This document shows positions 20,063-28,436 of a DNA stretch of 64,000 bases, in pieces. A program made the position numbers and the translations under genes. Below the pieces are notes generated by a model. It was not told the DNA's origin and made no database searches. It was given only the letters and a program-made list of their open reading frames with translations. Location of the stretch: IMG/VR virus record IMGVR_UViG_3300008117_000029, positions 1 through 64,000 of that record; one strand, 5' to 3'. Source of the DNA: an uncultured virus (IMG/VR IMGVR_UViG_3300008117_000029). Lineage: Duplodnaviria > Heunggongvirae > Uroviricota > Caudoviricetes. Each line of letters opens with the position of its first letter. Positions within the stretch are counted from its first letter, which is position 1.

Positions 20063-20710
20063 TTAATTTTTTACATATAGAGTATCACCCCAAACACTAT
20101 GAAATTGGTGATAGTATTTTTTATGAAATCCCTTGGACTCCATTAATGAATCTATTTCTGTGTCAATTTTCTGACCTTCGTATAATTCTACTTTAGCCGT
20201 CTCAATTACTATTATATTCGCATTAAAAATTAATTCACTCGAATTAAGTATTTCAAAATCATGTCCTTGTGTATCAAGACTGACTAAATCGAAATTAGAC
20301 TCTAAATTATTTTCAGAAATGAATTCATCTATGTTGATTGTATTAACTTGGCAAGTATCAACTTTCTGTATATCTTGATAAAGTTCCAAGTGGATTTTCA
20401 AATCCTGAAGGGATGAACATCCTGGGTTTGTTTTCGATGTGTTTTCAATTATGTTGAAACTAGCAACTCCTTTCTTATTGCTTACCGCATAGGGAAATAA
20501 TGAGTTTTCAAAATTATATCCTGCAAGGTTTTTTTCTAATTGGCTCAATAGTTTTGGGTTTGGTTCGAACCAGTAAACTTTTTTTGGATTGAGTCTGTTG
20601 TAAAAAGTTACTTCTTCACCTAAACACGCTCCGATGTGGAGGATGTTGTCTATTTTTTTTGTTTGGTTAATTTCCAAAATAATGTTTTCTATACTTGAAT
20701 CAAAACTCAT
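20063..20710 (-). CDS. FkbM-family methyltransferase
   Basis: HIGACLG, FEPNP and LDTQGHD motifs. Confidence 0.88.
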   Translation of the reverse strand: MSFDSSIENIILEINQTKKIDNILHIGACLGEEVTFYNRLNPKKVYWFEPNPKLLSQLEKNLAGYNFENSLFPYAVSNKKGVASFNIIENTSKTNPGCSSLQDLKIHLELYQDIQKVDTCQVNTINIDEFISENNLESNFDLVSLDTQGHDFEILNSSELIFNANIIVIETAKVELYEGQKIDTEIDSLMESKGFHKKYYHQFHSVWGDTLYVKN

Positions 20711-21417
20711 AGTTTTGTGTAGGGGGTTTTGTTTCTGATTTTATTGACCGTTTCAATAACCTTGTTCATATTGACTTTATGGTCATTGAGTGGGTTAGAT
20801 TCATTGTAAATATAATTTATGTCGGTCAAAAATCTATAATGTTCCATACCTGACATTTCAAACATCGGAAACATAAAAGATAGGTCACCAGCAACATCCC
20901 AATAGTTACCTTTGTCGTCTCTCAAGTCTTTTTCGTCAATTTTTTTCCAAAGCCAAGATTTCCATGTTCTCATGTGAGAAAGGGTGAAAACTTGTTTTCT
21001 TACATCTACATTTGTCGTAGGTGGATTTGCAAAACCTGGTCTTCCGTCATGATACTTGAACGAACCACTTGTCATCCAAACATTTTTATCTTCATAGACT
21101 TTTGCAATATTGGACAGAACTTGTGAGTTTGGTAACCAATCGTCTCCATCAATCTCAACACAGATTTCTTCCCCTTCAATACCTCTCCATCTTATTATTT
21201 GGTCGTAGTTGCCTGGTTGATAAAACTTGATATGATTTTCAATAAGAATAAACCTTGGGTCGTCAGATATAGTCCTTTTGATGATTTCTCTAGTTTTATC
21301 CGTAGATAAATCATCAGTTATGTAACATATAAAATCTTTGAATTTTTGACCCATTATACTCAACAAACACCTTTCAATGAATTGTTCGCAGTTAAAAGTG
21401 GTGGTTAGAATAATCAT
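20707..21417 (-). CDS. Glycosyltransferase family 2
   Basis: DDLSTD and IDGDDWL motifs. Confidence 0.88.
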   Translation of the reverse strand: MIILTTTFNCEQFIERCLLSIMGQKFKDFICYITDDLSTDKTREIIKRTISDDPRFILIENHIKFYQPGNYDQIIRWRGIEGEEICVEIDGDDWLPNSQVLSNIAKVYEDKNVWMTSGSFKYHDGRPGFANPPTTNVDVRKQVFTLSHMRTWKSWLWKKIDEKDLRDDKGNYWDVAGDLSFMFPMFEMSGMEHYRFLTDINYIYNESNPLNDHKVNMNKVIETVNKIRNKTPYTKL

Positions 21418-23042
21418 GATAAAACTTCTCTGTATATATTTTTTATTTTTTCACTTACTTTACTACTGTGGTATTTCTCAACGTCATCGGGAACTTGATA
21501 AAGTTCTTTAGAAATAATAAATCCATTCGAATCTACCTTATATATCCAACCTGGTTTCTGGCATAACCAACCCTCTATTGTTGTTCTACCCAATTGTATT
21601 CCGGCTGTCTCTGAACATCTATTTATAAAACTTTCAACATTCCAAGTTGGTGGGAAATGCTTGACGTGTGAATTCAAAAGAATTTGTGGAAGATAATTCG
21701 ATTTATCCTCTCCAACAATCCAAAGTTCCTTTTCATTTTCTTTTGTGTAGTCAATCAAATCCATTATTGTTTCTCTTCTAAGATAATCTATAGTCCCAAC
21801 AAACAATATCGCGTTTTCTTTTTTTACATTCTTAGTAACAAATTTGTTTTCATCTATAGGGTTATAAATCACTTCAATCTCATTTTCAGAAATCTGAAAA
21901 TTTTCAATCATATAATTTTTTATTTCAGGTCTGATTGCAATGTATTTTTTTATAGATTCATGTTTGATTGGATTTTCTAATTCAATGACTTCAGAATGTA
22001 TCGAATAAACTTTTTCAACCTCAGGATAGAATTGAATCATCCTTTCCGCAACAGGTTTGTGTTGCATATGAATAATATCGAATGGCGCCTCTGTAACTCT
22101 ATACATCATATTTGGTGTAGAAGGTTGAAATCCTTTTTCCGTTGTAAATCCCCATTTCCCGTCACCCAATTTAAAACCAGGCGCTTGTTCGAAACTTATA
22201 ACCTTGATACCTTGTCTTTTTGCCATATCGGTTAACACTCCACCTATTTGAGACATGATTGTAACATCACAACCCAATTTTTGTAATTTTTGTGCTAATT
22301 CATAAACGTATAATTCAGAACCGGTAAAAGTTTTAAAAAATAAACAACTCAATAAAACTCTAATTTTTCTTTGAGTATCATATGGTATTTTGACAGGTAG
22401 GTTTTGGCTGTATTTGGTTTCGAATAACTGTCTATTTTTTTCCCATTGGTCATTGGTGGCACCGATTGATTTGTGAGTTATTCTTATATTTGTGATTACT
22501 CCAATCTTAACACCTTCCATAAAGTTTTCAAAACAAAATGGGATATCATAGAAATGAAATCCTTCGAATTCTTCATTGAAGTTTTTCTTAATTCGACTTT
22601 TACTGACAGCAATGAAAACACCGTCCAAGACAATCACAGGAGTCACCGAACTACCAATTGATTCCGAGTATTTTGATTCCCATTTTTTTCCTCCACTTTC
22701 GTGATTAACAATTCCTATCATTTTTCTTCTATCCTCCCACCATTTTCCACTCGCGGGCATAGATGTTGTTCCTGCCATACCGATAATACCATAGTCGGTT
22801 TTTTCGAAATGTTTAGTGATTTTGGAATACCAGGAGTTTGTATCGAAATAAATGTCATCATGACAAAATACGATAATATCAGTTTCTGATTCTTTCAGAA
22901 TTTCGTTATAAACTTGAGCCAATGATTTTTCTCCGTTATTTATTTTTTCAATAACGTTAATTTTTTTGTATCCTGATGACTTTTTTAAATATTCTATAAA
23001 TTCAGGCTTGTGTTCTCTGCTTGAATAACCAACTGTTATCAT
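21414..23042 (-). CDS. Two-domain glycosyltransferase (GT-A plus GT-B)
   Basis: N-terminal VFCHDD...FHFYD and C-terminal TGSELY...VIYNPID...GRTTIEG. Confidence 0.8.
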   Translation of the reverse strand: MITVGYSSREHKPEFIEYLKKSSGYKKINVIEKINNGEKSLAQVYNEILKESETDIIVFCHDDIYFDTNSWYSKITKHFEKTDYGIIGMAGTTSMPASGKWWEDRRKMIGIVNHESGGKKWESKYSESIGSSVTPVIVLDGVFIAVSKSRIKKNFNEEFEGFHFYDIPFCFENFMEGVKIGVITNIRITHKSIGATNDQWEKNRQLFETKYSQNLPVKIPYDTQRKIRVLLSCLFFKTFTGSELYVYELAQKLQKLGCDVTIMSQIGGVLTDMAKRQGIKVISFEQAPGFKLGDGKWGFTTEKGFQPSTPNMMYRVTEAPFDIIHMQHKPVAERMIQFYPEVEKVYSIHSEVIELENPIKHESIKKYIAIRPEIKNYMIENFQISENEIEVIYNPIDENKFVTKNVKKENAILFVGTIDYLRRETIMDLIDYTKENEKELWIVGEDKSNYLPQILLNSHVKHFPPTWNVESFINRCSETAGIQLGRTTIEGWLCQKPGWIYKVDSNGFIISKELYQVPDDVEKYHSSKVSEKIKNIYREVLS

Positions 23043-23212
23043 TATCCTAATCTTTTTTTCTTTGCTTCTTTTATAATTTCGTGTGGTGTTTTGTTGGGGT
23101 CAATTTTGGATATTTGGATGCAATCCAAAATAAACTCAGCGAGCAAATGTTTCCTCTCTAGTTTTTTGATTAATTCAATCAAAGTGTCCAGATTTTCGTA
23201 GTATTTTCCCAT
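23042..23212 (-). CDS. Small hypothetical protein
   Basis: Start moved to MGKYY (23212) to avoid overlap with dUTPase. 56 aa. Confidence 0.55.
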   Translation of the reverse strand: MGKYYENLDTLIELIKKLERKHLLAEFILDCIQISKIDPNKTPHEIIKEAKKKRLG

Positions 23213-23222
23213 TATCAAAAAT

Positions 23223-23828
23223 TTAAATTCCTGTGCTTCCAAAACCATTGTCTCCCCTGTCTTTTTGACCAATCTCATCAACAGGAACTAAATTGACAAA
23301 TCTTCCGTTTTTCACAGGACAAAGAACTGCTTGAGCAACTTTCATGTTTTTTGAGATTGTAAATTTGGTTGGGTTTGCATTAAAAACAGGCACTTTTATT
23401 TCCCCTGTGTATCCTTGGTCTACGGTGCCTGGCGAGTTTAAGACCATTAAACCTTGATTAACTGCTAATCCACTTTTGGTTCTTATTTGTATTTCATATC
23501 CCTCTTCGAAATTGAACTTTAGACCAGTAGAAACCAAACCTCTTCCAAATGGTTCTAAGGTCATTTCATCAACAGAATATAAATCAAATCCTGAATCAGT
23601 TGGGTAGTTATATGATGGAAAGATTGCGTCCTCATGAATTAGTTCAATCTCAACCGTTTGTGTCTGTAATGCAATTGTTGCGTCGGCATTCATTTGTTCC
23701 ATGGACATCCCAAATAAATCTTCCAACTCACGTTGGTAATTCTCATCAGGTTCCATACCTACCTCATCCTTTATCCTTTGGAATTGTTCCATGATTTCTT
23801 TCAGAAGTTCTTCATCTTTTTTTTGCAT
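23223..23828 (-). CDS. dut: Trimeric dUTPase with an acidic N-terminal extension
   Basis: SGFDL, KSGLA, GTVDQGYTGEI and RGDNGFGSTG (motifs I-V). Confidence 0.95.
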   Translation of the reverse strand: MQKKDEELLKEIMEQFQRIKDEVGMEPDENYQRELEDLFGMSMEQMNADATIALQTQTVEIELIHEDAIFPSYNYPTDSGFDLYSVDEMTLEPFGRGLVSTGLKFNFEEGYEIQIRTKSGLAVNQGLMVLNSPGTVDQGYTGEIKVPVFNANPTKFTISKNMKVAQAVLCPVKNGRFVNLVPVDEIGQKDRGDNGFGSTGI

Positions 23829-23829
23829 G

Positions 23830-24531
23830 TTATTTAAGTTTTTGAATTTTTTTAATTACATCAATTAATACAGACACATCTTTCTCACAATATTTTACAA
23901 TACCTTCAATATCTTTTTTTACCCAAAAAGCGTCATGAACCTTATTACCTGTAATTTCCATGGTCTTCGAAGATTCTACACCCAAACATACACACATAAG
24001 TTCCAAGGATGCAATTGAGCCATAGCCACCGTATTGCCAAAATTCCTTAGTGTCAAAAGCCTTTATTTCCCAAGGTTTCGTATCGTGTCCTGGTAATATC
24101 TTTGGTGGTTGAAAACCGTTTATAATCATTCTTTTAGCCAACATTGGAATGTCAAAACCTTTTACATTATGTCCACAAAGAAAAAAACCTAACTCCCCAA
24201 CTTTTTGTAAAAGTTTCTGAACTTCAAATAATATCTTTTTCTCATCAGGGTCACTGAAAGATTGCATTCGTGTGTTACCTTGTTCGGTCACAAATGCAAC
24301 ACTTATACATGCAATTCTTGCAAACTCAGGGACAAGTGCCGCTCTATTGACGAACATATCACCGATTGGTTTGTCCGCATCTTCTGGGAATCTTTTTTGA
24401 AACCAATCAAAATAGTTTTCAAATTGGAAAGACAACGCTGGTTGGTTTTTTACCAAGGAATCCCAATTGGGTTGGACTCCAACGGTTTCGATATCTAAAA
24501 AAAGAATCTTACTAAGTGGAATGTTTATCAT
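23830..24531 (-). CDS. Stand-alone DEDDy 3'-5' exonuclease (PolB-exo-related)
   Basis: LDIET, GHNVKGFD and YCEKD motifs. Confidence 0.88.
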   Translation of the reverse strand: MINIPLSKILFLDIETVGVQPNWDSLVKNQPALSFQFENYFDWFQKRFPEDADKPIGDMFVNRAALVPEFARIACISVAFVTEQGNTRMQSFSDPDEKKILFEVQKLLQKVGELGFFLCGHNVKGFDIPMLAKRMIINGFQPPKILPGHDTKPWEIKAFDTKEFWQYGGYGSIASLELMCVCLGVESSKTMEITGNKVHDAFWVKKDIEGIVKYCEKDVSVLIDVIKKIQKLK

Positions 24532-25739
24532 AATATAGATTTATAAAACTCTGCTCTATGTTTGGTGACTATGTTCAAATCATATTTGTCCTTCACGGTT
24601 TCATACAACCTTTCACCTAAATCGGTAACCCAATTTCTATTTTTTTCTAATTTTTCTATAAACTTAGCCCAATCTGAATGATTTCTATTTTCTTCAACTA
24701 AAAGAGCATTACCGTCTGTAAATTCTCCATTTTTTAAAGCGTGTTTTAAATCTATTGTATAAGGACCTAAGTTAGAAGCAATTATTGCTTTTTTGTAAAA
24801 ACCAGCCTCAATTACTTTAAGTTGAGATTTCATTCTGTTGAACATATGATTTTTAATTGGTGCTAAAGATATGTCGAACTTTGAATAGTTTTTTGCATAT
24901 GACTGAACTGGTTTGGTCCAGACTCTGATATATGATTCTTTGTTTTCTTCAGGGTAAGATTCTTGAGAGTATTTCAAAAGATAATTTTTATATTCTTCGG
25001 ATACAATAGAGAAATCTTGTGTGAATATTTTTTCGTAATTAGCCCAAACAGTTTCGTGTGGTAATATGTTTCTTTTTTTATGTTCTCCTGTTTGTTGGTT
25101 GATTTCAGTTATTGTTCCTCTTGTGTCAAATCCACAAATTACAAACTGTAGTTTGTCTGAAAGTTTAGATAACTTACTGAATGATTGGTCTAACAACTGT
25201 AGGTCGTGTAGATGAGAAGAACCTCCAAGCCAACCTACTCGTAATCTGTCTGATTCAGGTGTTGGTTCCTTAAATTGTGATTCTGTTGGGTTAATTGCGT
25301 TTGGAAAAACGAAAACGTTTTTGTTCAATTTTTTTATTTCGTCTGCAAATATTGAGGTAGTTGTTGTAACAAATTCGGCGACTTTGAGATTGTTTGTAAT
25401 TTTCTCATTTATTTTGTTGAATCTTATTACATCGTGGATTGGGTGTTCCTTACCTGGCATCCAATAGTCATCGATGTCACATATTGTTTTAATTCCCATT
25501 GATTTCAATCTCGGAATCAATTCATAGGCTTTTTCGAAATCAGCACCTAAACTTCTATGGAACGCAACTATTTGGTATTTCTTCCAAAAAGAATCATCGT
25601 TATACGGAACTTCATATATAATATCGACATGAAACTCTTCAGGATATAAATTTTGTAGAAAAATGTGAGGGTCTACAGACCTAAATTTGCCAACACCTGT
25701 TCTATCTGATGGGACAACTAATACGTTAATTTTGGGCAT
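24528..25739 (-). CDS. Glycosyltransferase, GT-B (GT4-like)
   Basis: DIDDYW, VGWLGGSSH and KSQLKVIEAG...IIASN motifs. Confidence 0.82.
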   Translation of the reverse strand: MPKINVLVVPSDRTGVGKFRSVDPHIFLQNLYPEEFHVDIIYEVPYNDDSFWKKYQIVAFHRSLGADFEKAYELIPRLKSMGIKTICDIDDYWMPGKEHPIHDVIRFNKINEKITNNLKVAEFVTTTTSIFADEIKKLNKNVFVFPNAINPTESQFKEPTPESDRLRVGWLGGSSHLHDLQLLDQSFSKLSKLSDKLQFVICGFDTRGTITEINQQTGEHKKRNILPHETVWANYEKIFTQDFSIVSEEYKNYLLKYSQESYPEENKESYIRVWTKPVQSYAKNYSKFDISLAPIKNHMFNRMKSQLKVIEAGFYKKAIIASNLGPYTIDLKHALKNGEFTDGNALLVEENRNHSDWAKFIEKLEKNRNWVTDLGERLYETVKDKYDLNIVTKHRAEFYKSIL

Positions 25740-25772
25740 AAAAAAATTGTTATATTGGAGAAATATAACAAT
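25740..25772 (-). promoter_or_regulatory. 11-bp inverted repeat in front of the glycosylation operon (terminator or operator)
   Basis: ATTGTTATATT-N5-AATATAACAAT, followed on the minus strand by a T-run and the ATG. Confidence 0.5.
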
Positions 25773-25794
25773 CTATGTTGAATAAAGAAATATG

Positions 25795-26400
25795 TTAGGA
25801 TAACTTTTTAATCTTTGTAACCTTTCCTTCGAAAATATGTTTACCAACCTTGAAAGAGAAAATCTCATTAGTTTTTTCTGCACTTTCAACCAAAAGTCCA
25901 TTTTTTTCTAATGCTTTCTCTACGGCCTCTTCAATCATTTTTTGAATCATGTTGTAGTCAATACCTGAGGATACTTTTGTTGTTTGTTTGTTCTTAGCAG
26001 ATTCAGGAATGTAGTTACTATCTTCTCTCTTCATTAATCTTGAAGCTTTTTCTACTAAGTCATTTGATAGAGTTGCTTGTTGTTGTTGTGCTTGCGCAAT
26101 CGGATGTTCAATCATTAATCTTTTGATTTCGTCAGGTAATTTTGAGTTCTTGATTGCATCGACACTAGGAACTCCAACAGGTTTAGTATTTTCTCTTGGG
26201 ATTTGACTCAGAAGAGGTGCAGATTGTTGTTCTTGTAAATACTCCTGTGGAATATTGTATTTTGCTTGTGGGACATCGAAGTCTTGTAAAGATGTTGGTG
26301 GCAATCCACCACTAATACTATTTCTAGATTGGTTGAATTTTGGACTGTCCATTATGGCTTTTGAAGCCACTAATCTACTCATTAAATCGTTCTCGTTCAT
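25795..26400 (-). CDS. Hypothetical protein
   Basis: ATG at 26400 (MNENDLMSR) preferred over the TTG at 26442. Confidence 0.75.
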   Translation of the reverse strand: MNENDLMSRLVASKAIMDSPKFNQSRNSISGGLPPTSLQDFDVPQAKYNIPQEYLQEQQSAPLLSQIPRENTKPVGVPSVDAIKNSKLPDEIKRLMIEHPIAQAQQQQATLSNDLVEKASRLMKREDSNYIPESAKNKQTTKVSSGIDYNMIQKMIEEAVEKALEKNGLLVESAEKTNEIFSFKVGKHIFEGKVTKIKKLS

Positions 26401-26404
26401 AAAA

Positions 26405-26809
26405 TTATGTTGTTTGAGGTTGAGTATTATCAAACTTAGCAATCGTAATTACTGATACCATACTCTTATCTCCGTTAAAATTATAATTTGGTTTCGGAGT
26501 ATTGTAAACTTCACCTGTTGGTTTCATAGATAGGATTTTATCAAGTCTAAATAATCTCCATCCAGGTAAAGGTTGTTCACCCTTATATCCTGTGTGAGAT
26601 GCTCCTTCTCTATCCCAACCTCTCATGACTAAATTACCTGCCTTACTTTTACCTAAAGCCACGGGCTCTATTTCACGAAGTCCTCTACCACCTGGCTCGT
26701 CACCATCGTAGTATATCACACAAACTTTTCTCCCATTGACAGCATCTTGAACTGTTTGTATGGAAGCAATCTCCGTGAGTAAACCTTTTAGTGTGTTCGT
26801 TAGATTCAT
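26405..26809 (-). CDS. Stand-alone WYL-domain protein
   Basis: IYY...REIEPVALG...RGWD...WRLFRLDKI matches the WYL signature. Confidence 0.8.
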   Translation of the reverse strand: MNLTNTLKGLLTEIASIQTVQDAVNGRKVCVIYYDGDEPGGRGLREIEPVALGKSKAGNLVMRGWDREGASHTGYKGEQPLPGWRLFRLDKILSMKPTGEVYNTPKPNYNFNGDKSMVSVITIAKFDNTQPQTT

Positions 26810-27102
26810 TAGAAATCAGGGTAAGTTTTACTTGAATTGAATTTGTTGATTTTTATTTCATTTTTTCTTTCAACAATGTCTGTGATTGTTCCTGCATTAA
26901 CATTGTAAACATCTAAAAATGTTCCCGTTCCTCTACCCATTGAATCACCGTCGGCAACAGCGTCTCTATTAACTGATGAGTATTCATTCCCAACCGCATT
27001 AAAATCGTTTTTTGGAATTAACTTTGCTCTCTCAGCGTCTGCGATAGCGGTAAGGGTATTAGGTATGTTCTGTGATAAATCAACATTGATTTGTTCTGAC
27101 AT
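26809..27102 (-). CDS. Hypothetical protein
   Basis: 97 aa, coupled to neighbours. Confidence 0.75.
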   Translation of the reverse strand: MSEQINVDLSQNIPNTLTAIADAERAKLIPKNDFNAVGNEYSSVNRDAVADGDSMGRGTGTFLDVYNVNAGTITDIVERKNEIKINKFNSSKTYPDF

Positions 27103-27105
27103 AAA

Positions 27106-27573
27106 TTACAATTTTGAAATTATTTCGTTTATCCTTTTCAGACTTTCAGTTACCGCGGCAGTATATTTGTCCACGGTTTTCGAATGTTCTTTTGAAGGTC
27201 TCACATTTGTAAAATCCTTTTTTTCGTGAGGTTTTATAAATTGATTCTGCATTCCTGCATCCATCTTATTTCTTTTAGTAAGGTGACCAAATTCCCTCAT
27301 TTTTCTTAACTCATCATTCACAAAATTTTTCATCAGATGACCACCGTTTAGAATGAATTCCTTTTCGTTTTGATTTCCCTTAAAACTATCGAAAAAGTTT
27401 TTTATTCTTTTCAATTGTTTATACCCAATAAATCTTTTGTCTTGAAGTTCTTTATTTCTTTTAAGTCCTTCAGTGTTTTCATCAACTTCTCCCACATATT
27501 TGAAAGATTTTTTTAGATGCTTTCTTATGTGTGCGGGTAATTCAATTTCCTTATCGTATAAATCTTTATTCAC
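27106..27573 (-). CDS. Hypothetical basic protein
   Basis: 155 aa, overlaps the upstream gene. Confidence 0.75.
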   Translation of the reverse strand: MNKDLYDKEIELPAHIRKHLKKSFKYVGEVDENTEGLKRNKELQDKRFIGYKQLKRIKNFFDSFKGNQNEKEFILNGGHLMKNFVNDELRKMREFGHLTKRNKMDAGMQNQFIKPHEKKDFTNVRPSKEHSKTVDKYTAAVTESLKRINEIISKL

Positions 27574-28384
27574 CGTCTAGTAATTTCAAAAAGTCTTTTT
27601 TAGATAATCCTTCTTTTTCCATTTGTTTCAACAAAGATTTCGCATTTTTCTTAAGCAGACTTGAAACTTCTATATTTTTTTCTTTTTCTGAAATGTCTGC
27701 GTTCGACGAATCCTTTTTCTTGGCCAACATATCCTCTAACATTTTTATTGCTTTTTGTTTTTGGATTTCAGGTAAAATTTGTCTTGAAATAAAATTAGGG
27801 TCTTTTCTGTATTTTGACTTTTTGTCTCTTTTACCTGAAGGGTCTTTGCCTTGTTGTTCTGTTCGGTCCTTGGCCTCTTCGGAACCCATTTCTAATTCAT
27901 CTTTGAAATACTTGAAAGTTTCTTTTCCGTCGAGGTCTTTTGTTTCTTCATATCCGAAAGCTGCAGACATATCCTCTTCGCTCATTTCTTCGATTGACTC
28001 GCCATAGTAAGTTCTGTAACCACGTGAAATTGGGTCGTTTGTTATACGGGAAGCTGCAACAGTTTGGTCCATAGTTTTTCTAGGGTGAAGTTTCGGGTCT
28101 AAGATTGGGATTTTAGAGTTTGTCATTGAACCATCGGTTGCAACTAGCTCCTCAATTTCCCCTTTCATGTCTTTTGTGTTTTTATTTGATTTATTTTTCA
28201 ATAATTTTTCCAAATAATTTAAGACGTGTTTAACCTTAGATTTAGGGACCTTAATCATTTCATCTTTTTTTCTTGCTTCCACAAGAGTTGGCTCTACAGA
28301 GAAATATAATGAATAGTCTTTTCCTTTATCTCTTAAAAAGAAATAATATGGTGAAGAATAAAATTCTTTATCTGTTGTAATCAT
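27566..28384 (-). CDS. Hypothetical protein
   Basis: 272 aa, with TATTTAT upstream on the minus strand (28401-28407). Confidence 0.75.
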   Translation of the reverse strand: MITTDKEFYSSPYYFFLRDKGKDYSLYFSVEPTLVEARKKDEMIKVPKSKVKHVLNYLEKLLKNKSNKNTKDMKGEIEELVATDGSMTNSKIPILDPKLHPRKTMDQTVAASRITNDPISRGYRTYYGESIEEMSEEDMSAAFGYEETKDLDGKETFKYFKDELEMGSEEAKDRTEQQGKDPSGKRDKKSKYRKDPNFISRQILPEIQKQKAIKMLEDMLAKKKDSSNADISEKEKNIEVSSLLKKNAKSLLKQMEKEGLSKKDFLKLLDGE

Positions 28385-28400
28385 CGCTTCTTTTTAAACT

Positions 28401-28427
28401 ATAAATACTATGACACAAGGTATTTAT
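28401..28427. promoter_or_regulatory. Back-to-back TATTTAT motifs (putative divergent late promoters)
   Basis: ATAAATA at 28401-28407 faces the minus-strand gene. TATTTAT at 28421-28427 faces the plus-strand gene. Confidence 0.6.
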
Positions 28428-28436
28428 CATTAGTTT

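Noticed and set aside
10639..25739. Host chromosomal LPS or capsule locus (prophage boundary or chimeric contig)
   Set aside because: The genes are interleaved with phage-type dUTPase, PhoH and sigma genes, have similar composition to the flanks, and include no transport or polymerase genes.
27531..28007. 158-aa plus-strand ORF and the many similar 60-140 aa overlapping ORFs in the track
   Set aside because: They lie antisense to or out of frame within well-supported genes and have shadow-like Ser/Phe/Ile-rich composition.
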